This document shows, piece by piece, positions 8,271 to 16,758 of a stretch of 51,262 bases of DNA. The translations under genes and the position numbers were made by a program. Source of the stretch: Candidatus Saccharimonadia bacterium (GTDB taxonomy: Bacteria; Patescibacteriota; Saccharimonadia; CAILAD01; BJGX01). Under the pieces are notes generated by a model. That model had not been told where the DNA came from and made no database searches. It saw nothing but the letters and a program-made list of their open reading frames with translations. Position 1 is the stretch's first letter; each line of letters starts with the position of its first letter. The stretch is taken from contig JBIIIT010000001.1 in assembly GCA_044234435.1 (NCBI GenBank), positions 1-51,262 on the forward strand. Reading direction: 5' to 3'.

Positions 8271-9802
8271 GTTACCTCCAGCAGTCTTATTGTGTCGGTA
8301 CCGCCTGCAACATCTCTGTTCTGACCAAATGCCTCAACCACCCAATCTCCCTTAGCTATGCTTTTTCTATCTTTTAGCTTATTGATAATTGCAGCTTTGC
8401 GGTTTTTACTTTTGGAAACTAAAAATGTCTTGCCACCCCATATAATCGAGCACTGATTACATACTTTTGCATCTGGACTGGCAATTATAATCGGGCAGTT
8501 GGGTCGCAGACTGGCAATACTCAATGCGGTTGAGCCCGTGGCTGTTTCTGCCAAAATTAATTTTGCACTTAGCTGATCTGCAAGTGTAATAGCAGCAAAG
8601 CTTATACTTGTCTGGGCAGCATCGGAAGAAATCTTAGGCGATAGTTTGGGCCCACGAGAAAACACTAGGCGAGTTTTTTGACCCAATTTATTGACTAGGC
8701 CGTTTTCGTCATTTTCATTAACCGAAACTACATCCTCATCTTCTTGTGTTAATTGAACTCCTACAGAAGTATTTACGAAATATTGCTCAGCACTAAGTAT
8801 GATCTTCTTCATCATCTGCACTGTTTCAACCGGGAATTGACCAATCGCCGATTCGCCAGAAAGCATTAAGCTATCCACGCCCAAGCTTACTGCGGTTGCA
8901 ACATCATTAGCTTCGGCTCTACTTGGCGTAGTGCTTGTCATCATACTCTCCATCATTTGAGTCGCCATGATTACGGGCTTTCTGTATTTTCTACAAAGTA
9001 AGATTGTTTCTCGACCAATTATTGGAACCTGTTCAGGTCCAACTTCAATAGCTAAATCCCCCCTAGCAATCATGACTACATCTGAAGCTTTAATAATTTC
9101 TTCTAAATTAGCGACAGCGGCCTTAGTTTCAATTTTGGCTATTATTTTGGCATTTGCTTTCTGTCTGGAGAGTTCATTGCGGACATCGTAAATATCTTGA
9201 GGCGTATTTACAAAACTTACGGCAACATAATCTGCATCTAGCTTGTGTGTTACAGTCAGGTCATTTTTGTCCTTTTCGCTTAGAACTCCCCCTTTGAATA
9301 CTGTGTCGGGAAGGTTTATGCCGTGATCGCTCATAACTTTTCCCGAATTCAATGCCTTAGCAGTGATTACTTTTTTATCAACGGAAGTAATTTCGGTTTG
9401 CACCTGACCGTCTCGCAGAAACAGTCGCTCGCCTTTTTTGACTTGATTGGAAAAATCATACTGAATTGGCAAAACTCCTTTTGGTAAATTTTCCCCATGT
9501 TTAAATTTAAGAGTTTGACCTGCAGATATTTCTATGCCGCCAGTGCCCAATTTTCCTAGCCTGATTTTAGGGCCTGGGAGATCCTGAATGATTGCTACAG
9601 AACGATCTAACTTTTTAGCTTCTTTTCTAACAAGCTCTGCAATATCGCAATGCCATTTGTGAGTGTTGTGGCTAAAATTTAGCCTTATGCCATTTACGCC
9701 AGATTCTAATAAAAGCCCTATTTTTTCCTGGCTTGCGGGGCCAACTGTGGCAATTATCTTAGTTTTTTTATATTTTCTGGCGTCTATTTCTTCATGAGGC
9801 AT
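8267..9802 (-). CDS. pyk: pyruvate kinase
   Basis: Motifs KTKIIATVGPAS, RLNFSHN and MIARGDLAIEV. Its stop overlaps the tpiA start by 4 nt. Confidence 0.9.
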   Translation of the reverse strand: MPHEEIDARKYKKTKIIATVGPASQEKIGLLLESGVNGIRLNFSHNTHKWHCDIAELVRKEAKKLDRSVAIIQDLPGPKIRLGKLGTGGIEISAGQTLKFKHGENLPKGVLPIQYDFSNQVKKGERLFLRDGQVQTEITSVDKKVITAKALNSGKVMSDHGINLPDTVFKGGVLSEKDKNDLTVTHKLDADYVAVSFVNTPQDIYDVRNELSRQKANAKIIAKIETKAAVANLEEIIKASDVVMIARGDLAIEVGPEQVPIIGRETILLCRKYRKPVIMATQMMESMMTSTTPSRAEANDVATAVSLGVDSLMLSGESAIGQFPVETVQMMKKIILSAEQYFVNTSVGVQLTQEDEDVVSVNENDENGLVNKLGQKTRLVFSRGPKLSPKISSDAAQTSISFAAITLADQLSAKLILAETATGSTALSIASLRPNCPIIIASPDAKVCNQCSIIWGGKTFLVSKSKNRKAAIINKLKDRKSIAKGDWVVEAFGQNRDVAGGTDTIRLLEVT

Positions 9803-9865
9803 ATTTATAATTGTAATGCTTTTTTATGCATACGTAAAAGAATAAATGCTTCAAAATTAAATTGC

Positions 9866-10297
9866 TTACTTTTTACCGAATAGTTTGCCGAAAAATCCAG
9901 GCTTTTTTGGCTGCTCTTGAGCTGGGCCATTTGCATTCACATCAGCTGAGGGTGGTGTGTTCTGTTCTGCTGTTGATTGAGAGGCTTCTACGTCTGCATT
10001 CTCAGAAATTTTAACAGGTGGCTGTTCTAATTCATTTTCATTGAGCTTGAATACATTGGCTTGGCCTTGTGGGGCAGAATTTATGCCCGGCACAGGATTA
10101 AATCCTTTATTCATGGCCGCAGGCTTAATATCCATACCTTTAGGCTGGCTGTTTGAAGCTGCAGCCTGCTGAGCTAATAGTTCTTCTTTCTCGGCTTGAG
10201 CCTTCTGCGCTTTTTGCTCATGCCCTTCTGGCCTTAAATCCAGAGTTCCATTGGATGTTTGATCAAATTTTTCCATAGTTGGCTGAATGTTTGTCAT
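9866..10297 (-). CDS. hypothetical low-complexity (Gln/Ala/Pro/Asn-rich) protein
   Basis: 143-aa ORF with no recognisable domain and a basic C-terminal tail (KKPGFFGKLFGKK). Coding status is supported only by ORF length and gene spacing. Confidence 0.4.
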   Translation of the reverse strand: MTNIQPTMEKFDQTSNGTLDLRPEGHEQKAQKAQAEKEELLAQQAAASNSQPKGMDIKPAAMNKGFNPVPGINSAPQGQANVFKLNENELEQPPVKISENADVEASQSTAEQNTPPSADVNANGPAQEQPKKPGFFGKLFGKK

Positions 10298-10425
10298 AAT
10301 TCCCCCATAATTCTCTAATGCTTATAATTTATACACTCTTTTGCTTATTGTGTCCAATTTACAGGTTGAAACATCCGTATAATTATGTTAGAATTGTATG
10401 GTTATTTTATAAGAAAACAGTTGAT

Positions 10426-10500
10426 GGTCCCATCGTCTAGGGGTTAGGACACCAGGTTTTCATCCTGGCAACAGGGGTTCGAATCCCCTTGGGATCACCA
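10426..10500 (+). tRNA. tRNA-Glu (anticodon UUC), CCA encoded
   Basis: Hand-folded cloverleaf. Acceptor GGTCCCA/TGGGATC, anticodon stem CCAGG/CCTGG with loop TTTTCAT, and T arm AGGGG-TTCGAAT-CCCCT. Confidence 0.9.
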
Positions 10501-10527
10501 ACTGTTTTTTGTTTGCAAAAATTCATT

Positions 10528-10599
10528 GGTGTTCTTAGGACTAACCATCTAGTGTTTTCATCCAGGCAGGCAGGGGTTCGAATCCCATTGGGATCACCA
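10528..10599 (+). pseudogene. decayed tandem copy of tRNA-Glu (3' half conserved, 5' half scrambled)
   Basis: TTTTCATCC..GGCA..CAGGGGTTCGAATCCC.TTGGGATCACCAACT.TTTTTTGTTTGCA is shared with the upstream tRNA-Glu and its trailer. The 5' half cannot form acceptor, D or anticodon stems, and the T stem has a mismatch. Confidence 0.55.
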
Positions 10600-10652
10600 A
10601 CTATTTTTTGTTTGCAGAAAAAATAATTTATCGGTAGTGCTACAATATTCTT

Positions 10653-11909
10653 ATGATAATAAAAAAGTTTGATGAACTTGCCACTACCGATTTACGAAAA
10701 GATATTCTTAAAATCGCCGAGGCCGGATATGAGGCAATTAGTATTGCTAAGCTTATAGGTGAGGAGCTTTCAATAAAATCTAGCATTCTTACAATCCAGG
10801 GTGAAAGCTATGATCTAAATAATTATAAAAATATTTATGTTGTAGCTATAGGTAAGGGATGTAGTTTAATTGCAGAAAGGCTAGAAAACTTAATTGGTGC
10901 AAGCAGAATTAAAGCTGGTGTAGCGATTGATTTAAAACATAAAAAACTAAAAAAAATTAAAGTTTTTGCCGGTACACACCCCCTGCCCTCCGAAAAAAAC
11001 ATTTTAGCTACGAGAAAGCTCATCAATACTCTAAAAGAAGCTAAGTCTAAGGACTTGGTAATTAGCATAATTTGTGGCGGAGGAAGCTCTCTTGCCTGTA
11101 TGCCAGCCAAAAATAATACCTGCACAGATTTAAAAACTATTAGCGACCATATGCTAAAAAATGGAGCAACCATTCAAGAACTTAATATGGTCAGGAAGCA
11201 CATCAGCAACATTCACGGAGGGAATATGGCCAAATTTGCCTACCCAGCAAGCGTTTTAGGCTTAGTAATTTCTGATGTGCCGGGTGATGATATAGATATT
11301 GTAGCCTCAGGTCCAATCAGTAAAGACCGCAGCTCTTTGAGTGAAGTGAGAAAGATAGCCAAAAAGTTTGACTTAGAAAATATTAAGCTTGTTGAAACAC
11401 CTAAAGACGGTAAATACTTCAAAAAAGTTAAAAAAATACTACTGGCCAGTGGTTCAACTGCTCTTGAGGGAATGAATAAAAAAGCAAGAGAACTAGGCTA
11501 TAAGCCCAGAGTCTTTACAAAACAACTGCGAGGTCTAGCGGATGAGGTTGGCCCGAATTTGGCCAATGAAGTCGGGCCTGGTGAGGCACTTTTAGCCTGT
11601 GGGGAAACCACAGTGATTGTAAAAAAACCTGGAAAGGGCGGAAGAAACCAAGACCTCGCATTATCTGCCTTGGCTTATTTAAAAACTAATTCGGCCATAG
11701 TCTCGGCTGCAAGCGATGGAAAAGACAATATAGATGTAGCAGGTGGATTAGCAGACTACACCCTAAAAGATACTAAAAATTTAAACACCAACGATTCGGT
11801 CAAGAACAATCAAAGCTTTCAGACACTATGCGAGCTTAATGGCATTTTTAAGATTAACAAAGTTACTGCAAATGTCTCTGATTTTGTTGTAGTATTAAGA
11901 AAAGGATAA
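10653..11909 (+). CDS. glycerate 2-kinase (MOFRL / DUF4147 family)
   Basis: Motifs ICGGGSSL and CGETTVIVKKPGKGGRNQDLALSA are characteristic of the TM1585/TtuD-type glycerate kinase family. Confidence 0.75.
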   Translation: MIIKKFDELATTDLRKDILKIAEAGYEAISIAKLIGEELSIKSSILTIQGESYDLNNYKNIYVVAIGKGCSLIAERLENLIGASRIKAGVAIDLKHKKLKKIKVFAGTHPLPSEKNILATRKLINTLKEAKSKDLVISIICGGGSSLACMPAKNNTCTDLKTISDHMLKNGATIQELNMVRKHISNIHGGNMAKFAYPASVLGLVISDVPGDDIDIVASGPISKDRSSLSEVRKIAKKFDLENIKLVETPKDGKYFKKVKKILLASGSTALEGMNKKARELGYKPRVFTKQLRGLADEVGPNLANEVGPGEALLACGETTVIVKKPGKGGRNQDLALSALAYLKTNSAIVSAASDGKDNIDVAGGLADYTLKDTKNLNTNDSVKNNQSFQTLCELNGIFKINKVTANVSDFVVVLRKG

Positions 11910-11914
11910 AACTT

Positions 11915-12931
11915 ATGGCTACAACGATTGCTTTTTTTGAAACCACAGAGAAAGAAAAATTATCATTTGAGAGGTATTTTCATGGAGCTAAATATAAGCT
12001 TTTAGTTTTTGATGAAAAAATTGAAAACGTACCAGCCTATAACTATAAAGAAGCTGAAATTATAAGTGTCTTTAATTCAAGCAAAATTGATGGTTCTGTT
12101 CTGTCAAAGCTTCCCAAACTAAGATTCATAGCAGTCAGAGCGACCGGGTACGACAATGTCAGCCTAAGAGAATGCAAAAAAAGATCTATTGCTGTTAGCA
12201 ATGTTCCGGGATACGGGAAAACCACCGTAGCTGAATATGCGATTATGCTAATTTTGATGCTTTATCACCGAATGCCGGCGGTGAATGAAGCTGTTAGTAC
12301 AGGAAAGGTTAACTATAAAAAATTAACTGGTAAGGTTTTGAGTGGGGACACTTTGGGAGTAATTGGTGCTGGCCGGGTCGGAACTGCTGTTGCCAGAATT
12401 GCTACGGCCCTAGGAATGCATGTGGTAGCCTACGATCCACACCCAAATTACGAAGCTGCTGAAAAAATCGGCTTTAGCTATGTTTCTCTTAATGAGCTGT
12501 TAAAAGGCGCTGATGTCATTTCAATTCACGCCACTCTCAACCCCACTTCAAAACATATGATAAACAAATCTACCCTAGAGATGATGAAAGACAGCACAGT
12601 ACTTATTAATACGGCTCGAGGTCCAATTGTAAATACTTTTGATTTAGTTGAAGCACTTAAAAATAATGTTATTGCGGGTGCAGGGCTAGACTGTATCGAA
12701 GGAGAGGGAACCATTGATATGGACATTGAGTCGGAGTTAGTTTTAAAAAATAAAGACAAGCTTTATGAATTAGCCGAAGTGGACATTCTGTCTAAAATGA
12801 ATAATGTAATTTTATCTCCACACAACGCTTTTAACTCCGCCGAATCATTAGCAACCCTTAGAAAAGTGACGGCTCAAAACATCTATGGATTTATCAAAAA
12901 ACAACCTCAAAACTTAATAAAGCTTACTTAG
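11915..12931 (+). CDS. D-isomer-specific 2-hydroxyacid dehydrogenase (NAD-binding)
   Basis: Rossmann motif GVIGAGRVGTAVA, plus INTARGPIV and LSPHNAF (catalytic His region). Confidence 0.8.
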   Translation: MATTIAFFETTEKEKLSFERYFHGAKYKLLVFDEKIENVPAYNYKEAEIISVFNSSKIDGSVLSKLPKLRFIAVRATGYDNVSLRECKKRSIAVSNVPGYGKTTVAEYAIMLILMLYHRMPAVNEAVSTGKVNYKKLTGKVLSGDTLGVIGAGRVGTAVARIATALGMHVVAYDPHPNYEAAEKIGFSYVSLNELLKGADVISIHATLNPTSKHMINKSTLEMMKDSTVLINTARGPIVNTFDLVEALKNNVIAGAGLDCIEGEGTIDMDIESELVLKNKDKLYELAEVDILSKMNNVILSPHNAFNSAESLATLRKVTAQNIYGFIKKQPQNLIKLT

Positions 12932-12971
12932 TTTATTCATTATTAAGCTTATGCTATAATTTTATTAAATT

Positions 12972-14684
12972 ATGGGTATCAAAAACATCATTCCATCTCA
13001 AGTTCTAAACTCTAGGGGCGAGCCTACGGTTAAGGTAAAAATGGTAGCCGAAAATGGCAAAACTGCCAGCTTTGTAGTCCCAGGTGGGGCAAGTGTCGGC
13101 AAAAATGAAGCTGTTAAGAAATTTGATGGTGGTGATGTCTACGGAGGAAAGAGTGTTCTAGATAATATTAAATCAATTAAAACTGTAATTGCTCCTAAGT
13201 TCATAGGCTATCCGTTAGATCACCAAGAAGATTTTGACAGTTTACTTATTGCGCTTGACGGAACGCCGACCAAAGAGAATTTGGGATCTAATACGATTCT
13301 GGCTTTATCAGTGGCCTACTACAAATTAAGCGCTAAGCTTAGCAACAAGCCGCTGTGGCAATATACAGCCGAAAAGCTAAAGACAAGTCCCGAATTCCCA
13401 AGAATTTACGCAAATTTAGTCGGCGGAGGCAAGCACGCTCCCGGTCTAGATATTCAAGAATTTATGATTGTGCCCCAATCCAATAAACCAAATGAAGCAA
13501 TTGAAGAGATAGTTCGAATATACGAGACTGTAAAAACCATTATGACAAGTCTGTACGGGCCTACGGGAAAACTATCTGGTGATGAAGGTGCAATTGCGCC
13601 ACTTGGTGCCAGAACGGAAGTTGTCTTGGAGGCTCTGTCGGGATTAAGTCAAAAATCTGAGAAGAAGTTTGATATTGCATTAGATGTTGCTGCAAACAGC
13701 TTCTATGATGGTAAGAATTATTCCTTTGAAGGACAGAGTGTTCATGCCAATGATTTGATGGCAGTGTACCAAGATTGGAATAGCAAATTTGGCCTCTACT
13801 CCATAGAAGACCCTTTTGCTGAGGATGATTTAGAAGGTATTGAGCTTCTTAAGACAACCCCTAGAGAGAAGGGCTCTTTTATGGTCATTGGCGATGATTT
13901 TACTGTTACAAATTCCGAAAAAATAAAAGAATATGCCGAAAATAAGATCATAGATGGAGTCATAATCAAGCCCGACCAAGTTGGATCAATGAGTGAAGTA
14001 ATTAATGCAATAATGACTTCCAAACAAGCTGGATTAAAAATAATTGTTAGTCACAGAAGTGGAGAAAATAATGACGGATTTATAGTTGACCTAGCTTACG
14101 CAATTGGTGCTGACGGTATAAAAGTTGGAGCACCGAACAGAGGCGAAAGAATAGCAAAATACAATAGACTTTTAGACATCGAAAATGACCTTAAGGCAAT
14201 AAGTGGTGATGTTGATGATGTAGCTCAGACTCAATCAGCTCCTACTCCTCAACGAACGGAGAGTCAAAATTCAACCTCTGCTGCAGTACAGAGCAGTCAA
14301 GCTGCTATGCCCAACCCAAATCCACCAATAAATAATTTCAAAAAAACTGAACCAAATCAAAAAACTCAAATTGGCGGATCTAGAGATATTCATTTCGGAG
14401 CACAGTCAGCGAGTAATGAGCTTTCAAGCAATATGGCTGAAGCCGAAACAGACCATAATGAAAATAACAAAACTCTGGACAATGCCGCACTTACTCCAAA
14501 AGAATTGCCGGCTGTAAATGATGTAAAAATCAATCCGCCAGAAAACCCCATACCAATTGTTCCTCAAGAGCCTACTGCAGCTACAACGAGCTTCCAGAGT
14601 GCAACTTCCGAACTAAACCCTGCTCTAAGGGCAAATGATGGATCGCAATTAGGAAACGGTAATACTCCAACTATTTCAGCATAG
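12972..14684 (+). CDS. eno: enolase with a C-terminal low-complexity extension of about 160 aa
   Basis: Motifs LNSRGEPTVKV, IKPDQVGSMSE and SHRSGENND. From residue 408 onward (K408, nt 14193) the sequence is Pro/Gln/Asn/Ser/Thr-rich with no enolase similarity. Confidence 0.85.
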   Translation: MGIKNIIPSQVLNSRGEPTVKVKMVAENGKTASFVVPGGASVGKNEAVKKFDGGDVYGGKSVLDNIKSIKTVIAPKFIGYPLDHQEDFDSLLIALDGTPTKENLGSNTILALSVAYYKLSAKLSNKPLWQYTAEKLKTSPEFPRIYANLVGGGKHAPGLDIQEFMIVPQSNKPNEAIEEIVRIYETVKTIMTSLYGPTGKLSGDEGAIAPLGARTEVVLEALSGLSQKSEKKFDIALDVAANSFYDGKNYSFEGQSVHANDLMAVYQDWNSKFGLYSIEDPFAEDDLEGIELLKTTPREKGSFMVIGDDFTVTNSEKIKEYAENKIIDGVIIKPDQVGSMSEVINAIMTSKQAGLKIIVSHRSGENNDGFIVDLAYAIGADGIKVGAPNRGERIAKYNRLLDIENDLKAISGDVDDVAQTQSAPTPQRTESQNSTSAAVQSSQAAMPNPNPPINNFKKTEPNQKTQIGGSRDIHFGAQSASNELSSNMAEAETDHNENNKTLDNAALTPKELPAVNDVKINPPENPIPIVPQEPTAATTSFQSATSELNPALRANDGSQLGNGNTPTISA

Positions 14685-14710
14685 CTTTTACGCTGTTATA
14701 ATTCATTTCA

Positions 14711-15580
14711 ATGAATTTTAAGTATAAAAATATTCAAAAAATTACAATATCTTTTGTTTCATTATTCACAGCAATTATTTGCGTAATTTTTATGTATTTA
14801 CTTTTTCTATATCAGCCAACAAAGATTAACCATGGCTTATCTGCAAAAATAGAAAAGTCTGCTGAGTTAGGAGGTAAAATTGAAAAATCGGGCAAAGCAA
14901 TTATTCCCGAAGCTAAGGCAGAAAGCCTAGCCCAGTCTAATAAGAATGTATATTTACCAATACTTCTATACCATAAAACACCAGCCGACTTCGAAGAGCA
15001 AATTAAAATACTAGTTTCGAGAGGCTATACAACCGTCACCATGTCTGAGGCAACAGACATATTAAAAGGAAGTGTCAGATCTCCGACTAAGCCAATTGCA
15101 ATCACATTCGATGATGGATTCAAAGACCAATTTATGGCTTTTGACATACTTAAAAAATACAATCTCAAGGCCACTAGCTATATTATTGTGGGAAGCCAAA
15201 ATAGCGGATGGTGCCTTGGAGTAGAAAAAAAATCGACCAACTGTGGCGATGACTATATGAACTGGAATGATATTAAAAAATTAAAAGAATACTACAATGT
15301 CGAAATAGGATCTCATACGATGGATCATTTTCAGCTTAGTAGTTTGAATGAATCAGCTCAAAGGTATCAGATTATTGAGAGTAAAAAAATATTGGAAGAT
15401 AAATTAGGAATTATCATAAATAGTTTTGCATACCCTTATGGAAAATATAATCAAACCACTAAAAAACTTTTGGTTGAGGCTGGATATACAAACGCTACAA
15501 CTGTAAACGCTTCATACTATCAGAATGCACAAAATATATTTGATTTGTCTAGAATTAGAAAAACTAATGACCTTCCTTAG
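14711..15580 (+). CDS. polysaccharide deacetylase (NodB homology domain), membrane-anchored
   Basis: N-terminal TM segment, then ITFDDGFKDQ and GSHTMDH metal-site motifs. Confidence 0.8.
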   Translation: MNFKYKNIQKITISFVSLFTAIICVIFMYLLFLYQPTKINHGLSAKIEKSAELGGKIEKSGKAIIPEAKAESLAQSNKNVYLPILLYHKTPADFEEQIKILVSRGYTTVTMSEATDILKGSVRSPTKPIAITFDDGFKDQFMAFDILKKYNLKATSYIIVGSQNSGWCLGVEKKSTNCGDDYMNWNDIKKLKEYYNVEIGSHTMDHFQLSSLNESAQRYQIIESKKILEDKLGIIINSFAYPYGKYNQTTKKLLVEAGYTNATTVNASYYQNAQNIFDLSRIRKTNDLP

Positions 15581-16758
15581 GCTTTAAGGGCCTCAATAGC
15601 GGGTAGTTTTTTACCGGCTAAAAGTTCAAGACTAGCTCCCCCACCAGTACTAACAAAGGTAAATTTATTTTGCATACCCATTTTTTCTATAAAAGCAGTC
15701 GTGTCCCCACCGCCAATAATTGTCTCTGCATGATTTTTTCTAATTGCCATTAGGTGAGCTAGGTCTTTGCTTGCCCAAGCGTACTGCTTCATTTCGGCGT
15801 AGCCAAGTGTACCGTTCCAGAAAATAGTCTTAGCGGACTTAAGAGTTGGTATAAGCCCCCTCATAGTTTCTTTGCCTATGTCCAAAACAATATCCTTCTT
15901 GCCGATATTATCTATTGCTATAGTTCTAGCCTCACCCTCTTCTCTCATATTACTGGAGACAACTACATCTTTTGGAAGGATTATCTTGGTATTACATTTT
16001 TCAGCCAGCTCAATAATTTCTATAGCGGTTTTGGTATGTTCTTTTTCTGTCATGCTCATTCCTATTTCATAGCCTTTTGCCTGCAAAAAAGTATTAGCCA
16101 TGGCGCCACCTATAAAAATTACATCCGCTTTTTTGACAAGCTTTTTTATGACCTCTATTTTTGTAGATATCTTTGCTCCGCCAATTGCGGCAAAAAATGG
16201 CTTGTGAGGAAATTCTAATAAGCCCGTGAGAGTTTTGAATTCCTTTTCCATAAGAAGGCCCGCGGCATGGGGAAGATATTTAGGAACCCCCACCATACTA
16301 GCATGTGCCCTGTGCGCGTTCGCAAAAGCATCATCAACATAAACATCCGCGAGTCTTGCCATAGACTTCGCAAAAAGAGAATTATTTTTTTCCTCTGCCT
16401 CATGAAATCTTAAATTTTCTAACAATAATATTTCGCCTGCTTTCAAATCATGAGATTCCTTTGAGACTTCTTCTCCAACACAATCACCAACAAATCCAAC
16501 CGGAATCTTAAGAATATTTGCTAGCGCCTGAGCTACAGGTCTAAGGCTAAGTTTTTTGTCGGGCTTGCCTTCGGGCCTTCCATTATGACTAGCCAGTATG
16601 ATTGAGCATTTTTTTGACAACAATTCTCTGATGGTTGGAATACTTTGCTCAATTCTAAATTCATCAATTATCTTACCATTCTCGACAACATTAAAATCAA
16701 CCCTTAAATAAACTCTTTTGTTTTTATAATCTAAGTCTTTGAGAGTTTTAATTTTCAT
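15577..16758 (-). CDS. pgk: phosphoglycerate kinase
   Basis: I moved the start to the ATG at 16758, because MKIKTLKDLDYKNKRVYLRVDFNV is the canonical PGK N-terminus. The 49 extra codons in the track ORF overlap the end of the kinase gene. GGGD/GGGAS motifs are present. Confidence 0.88.
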   Translation of the reverse strand: MKIKTLKDLDYKNKRVYLRVDFNVVENGKIIDEFRIEQSIPTIRELLSKKCSIILASHNGRPEGKPDKKLSLRPVAQALANILKIPVGFVGDCVGEEVSKESHDLKAGEILLLENLRFHEAEEKNNSLFAKSMARLADVYVDDAFANAHRAHASMVGVPKYLPHAAGLLMEKEFKTLTGLLEFPHKPFFAAIGGAKISTKIEVIKKLVKKADVIFIGGAMANTFLQAKGYEIGMSMTEKEHTKTAIEIIELAEKCNTKIILPKDVVVSSNMREEGEARTIAIDNIGKKDIVLDIGKETMRGLIPTLKSAKTIFWNGTLGYAEMKQYAWASKDLAHLMAIRKNHAETIIGGGDTTAFIEKMGMQNKFTFVSTGGGASLELLAGKKLPAIEALKA

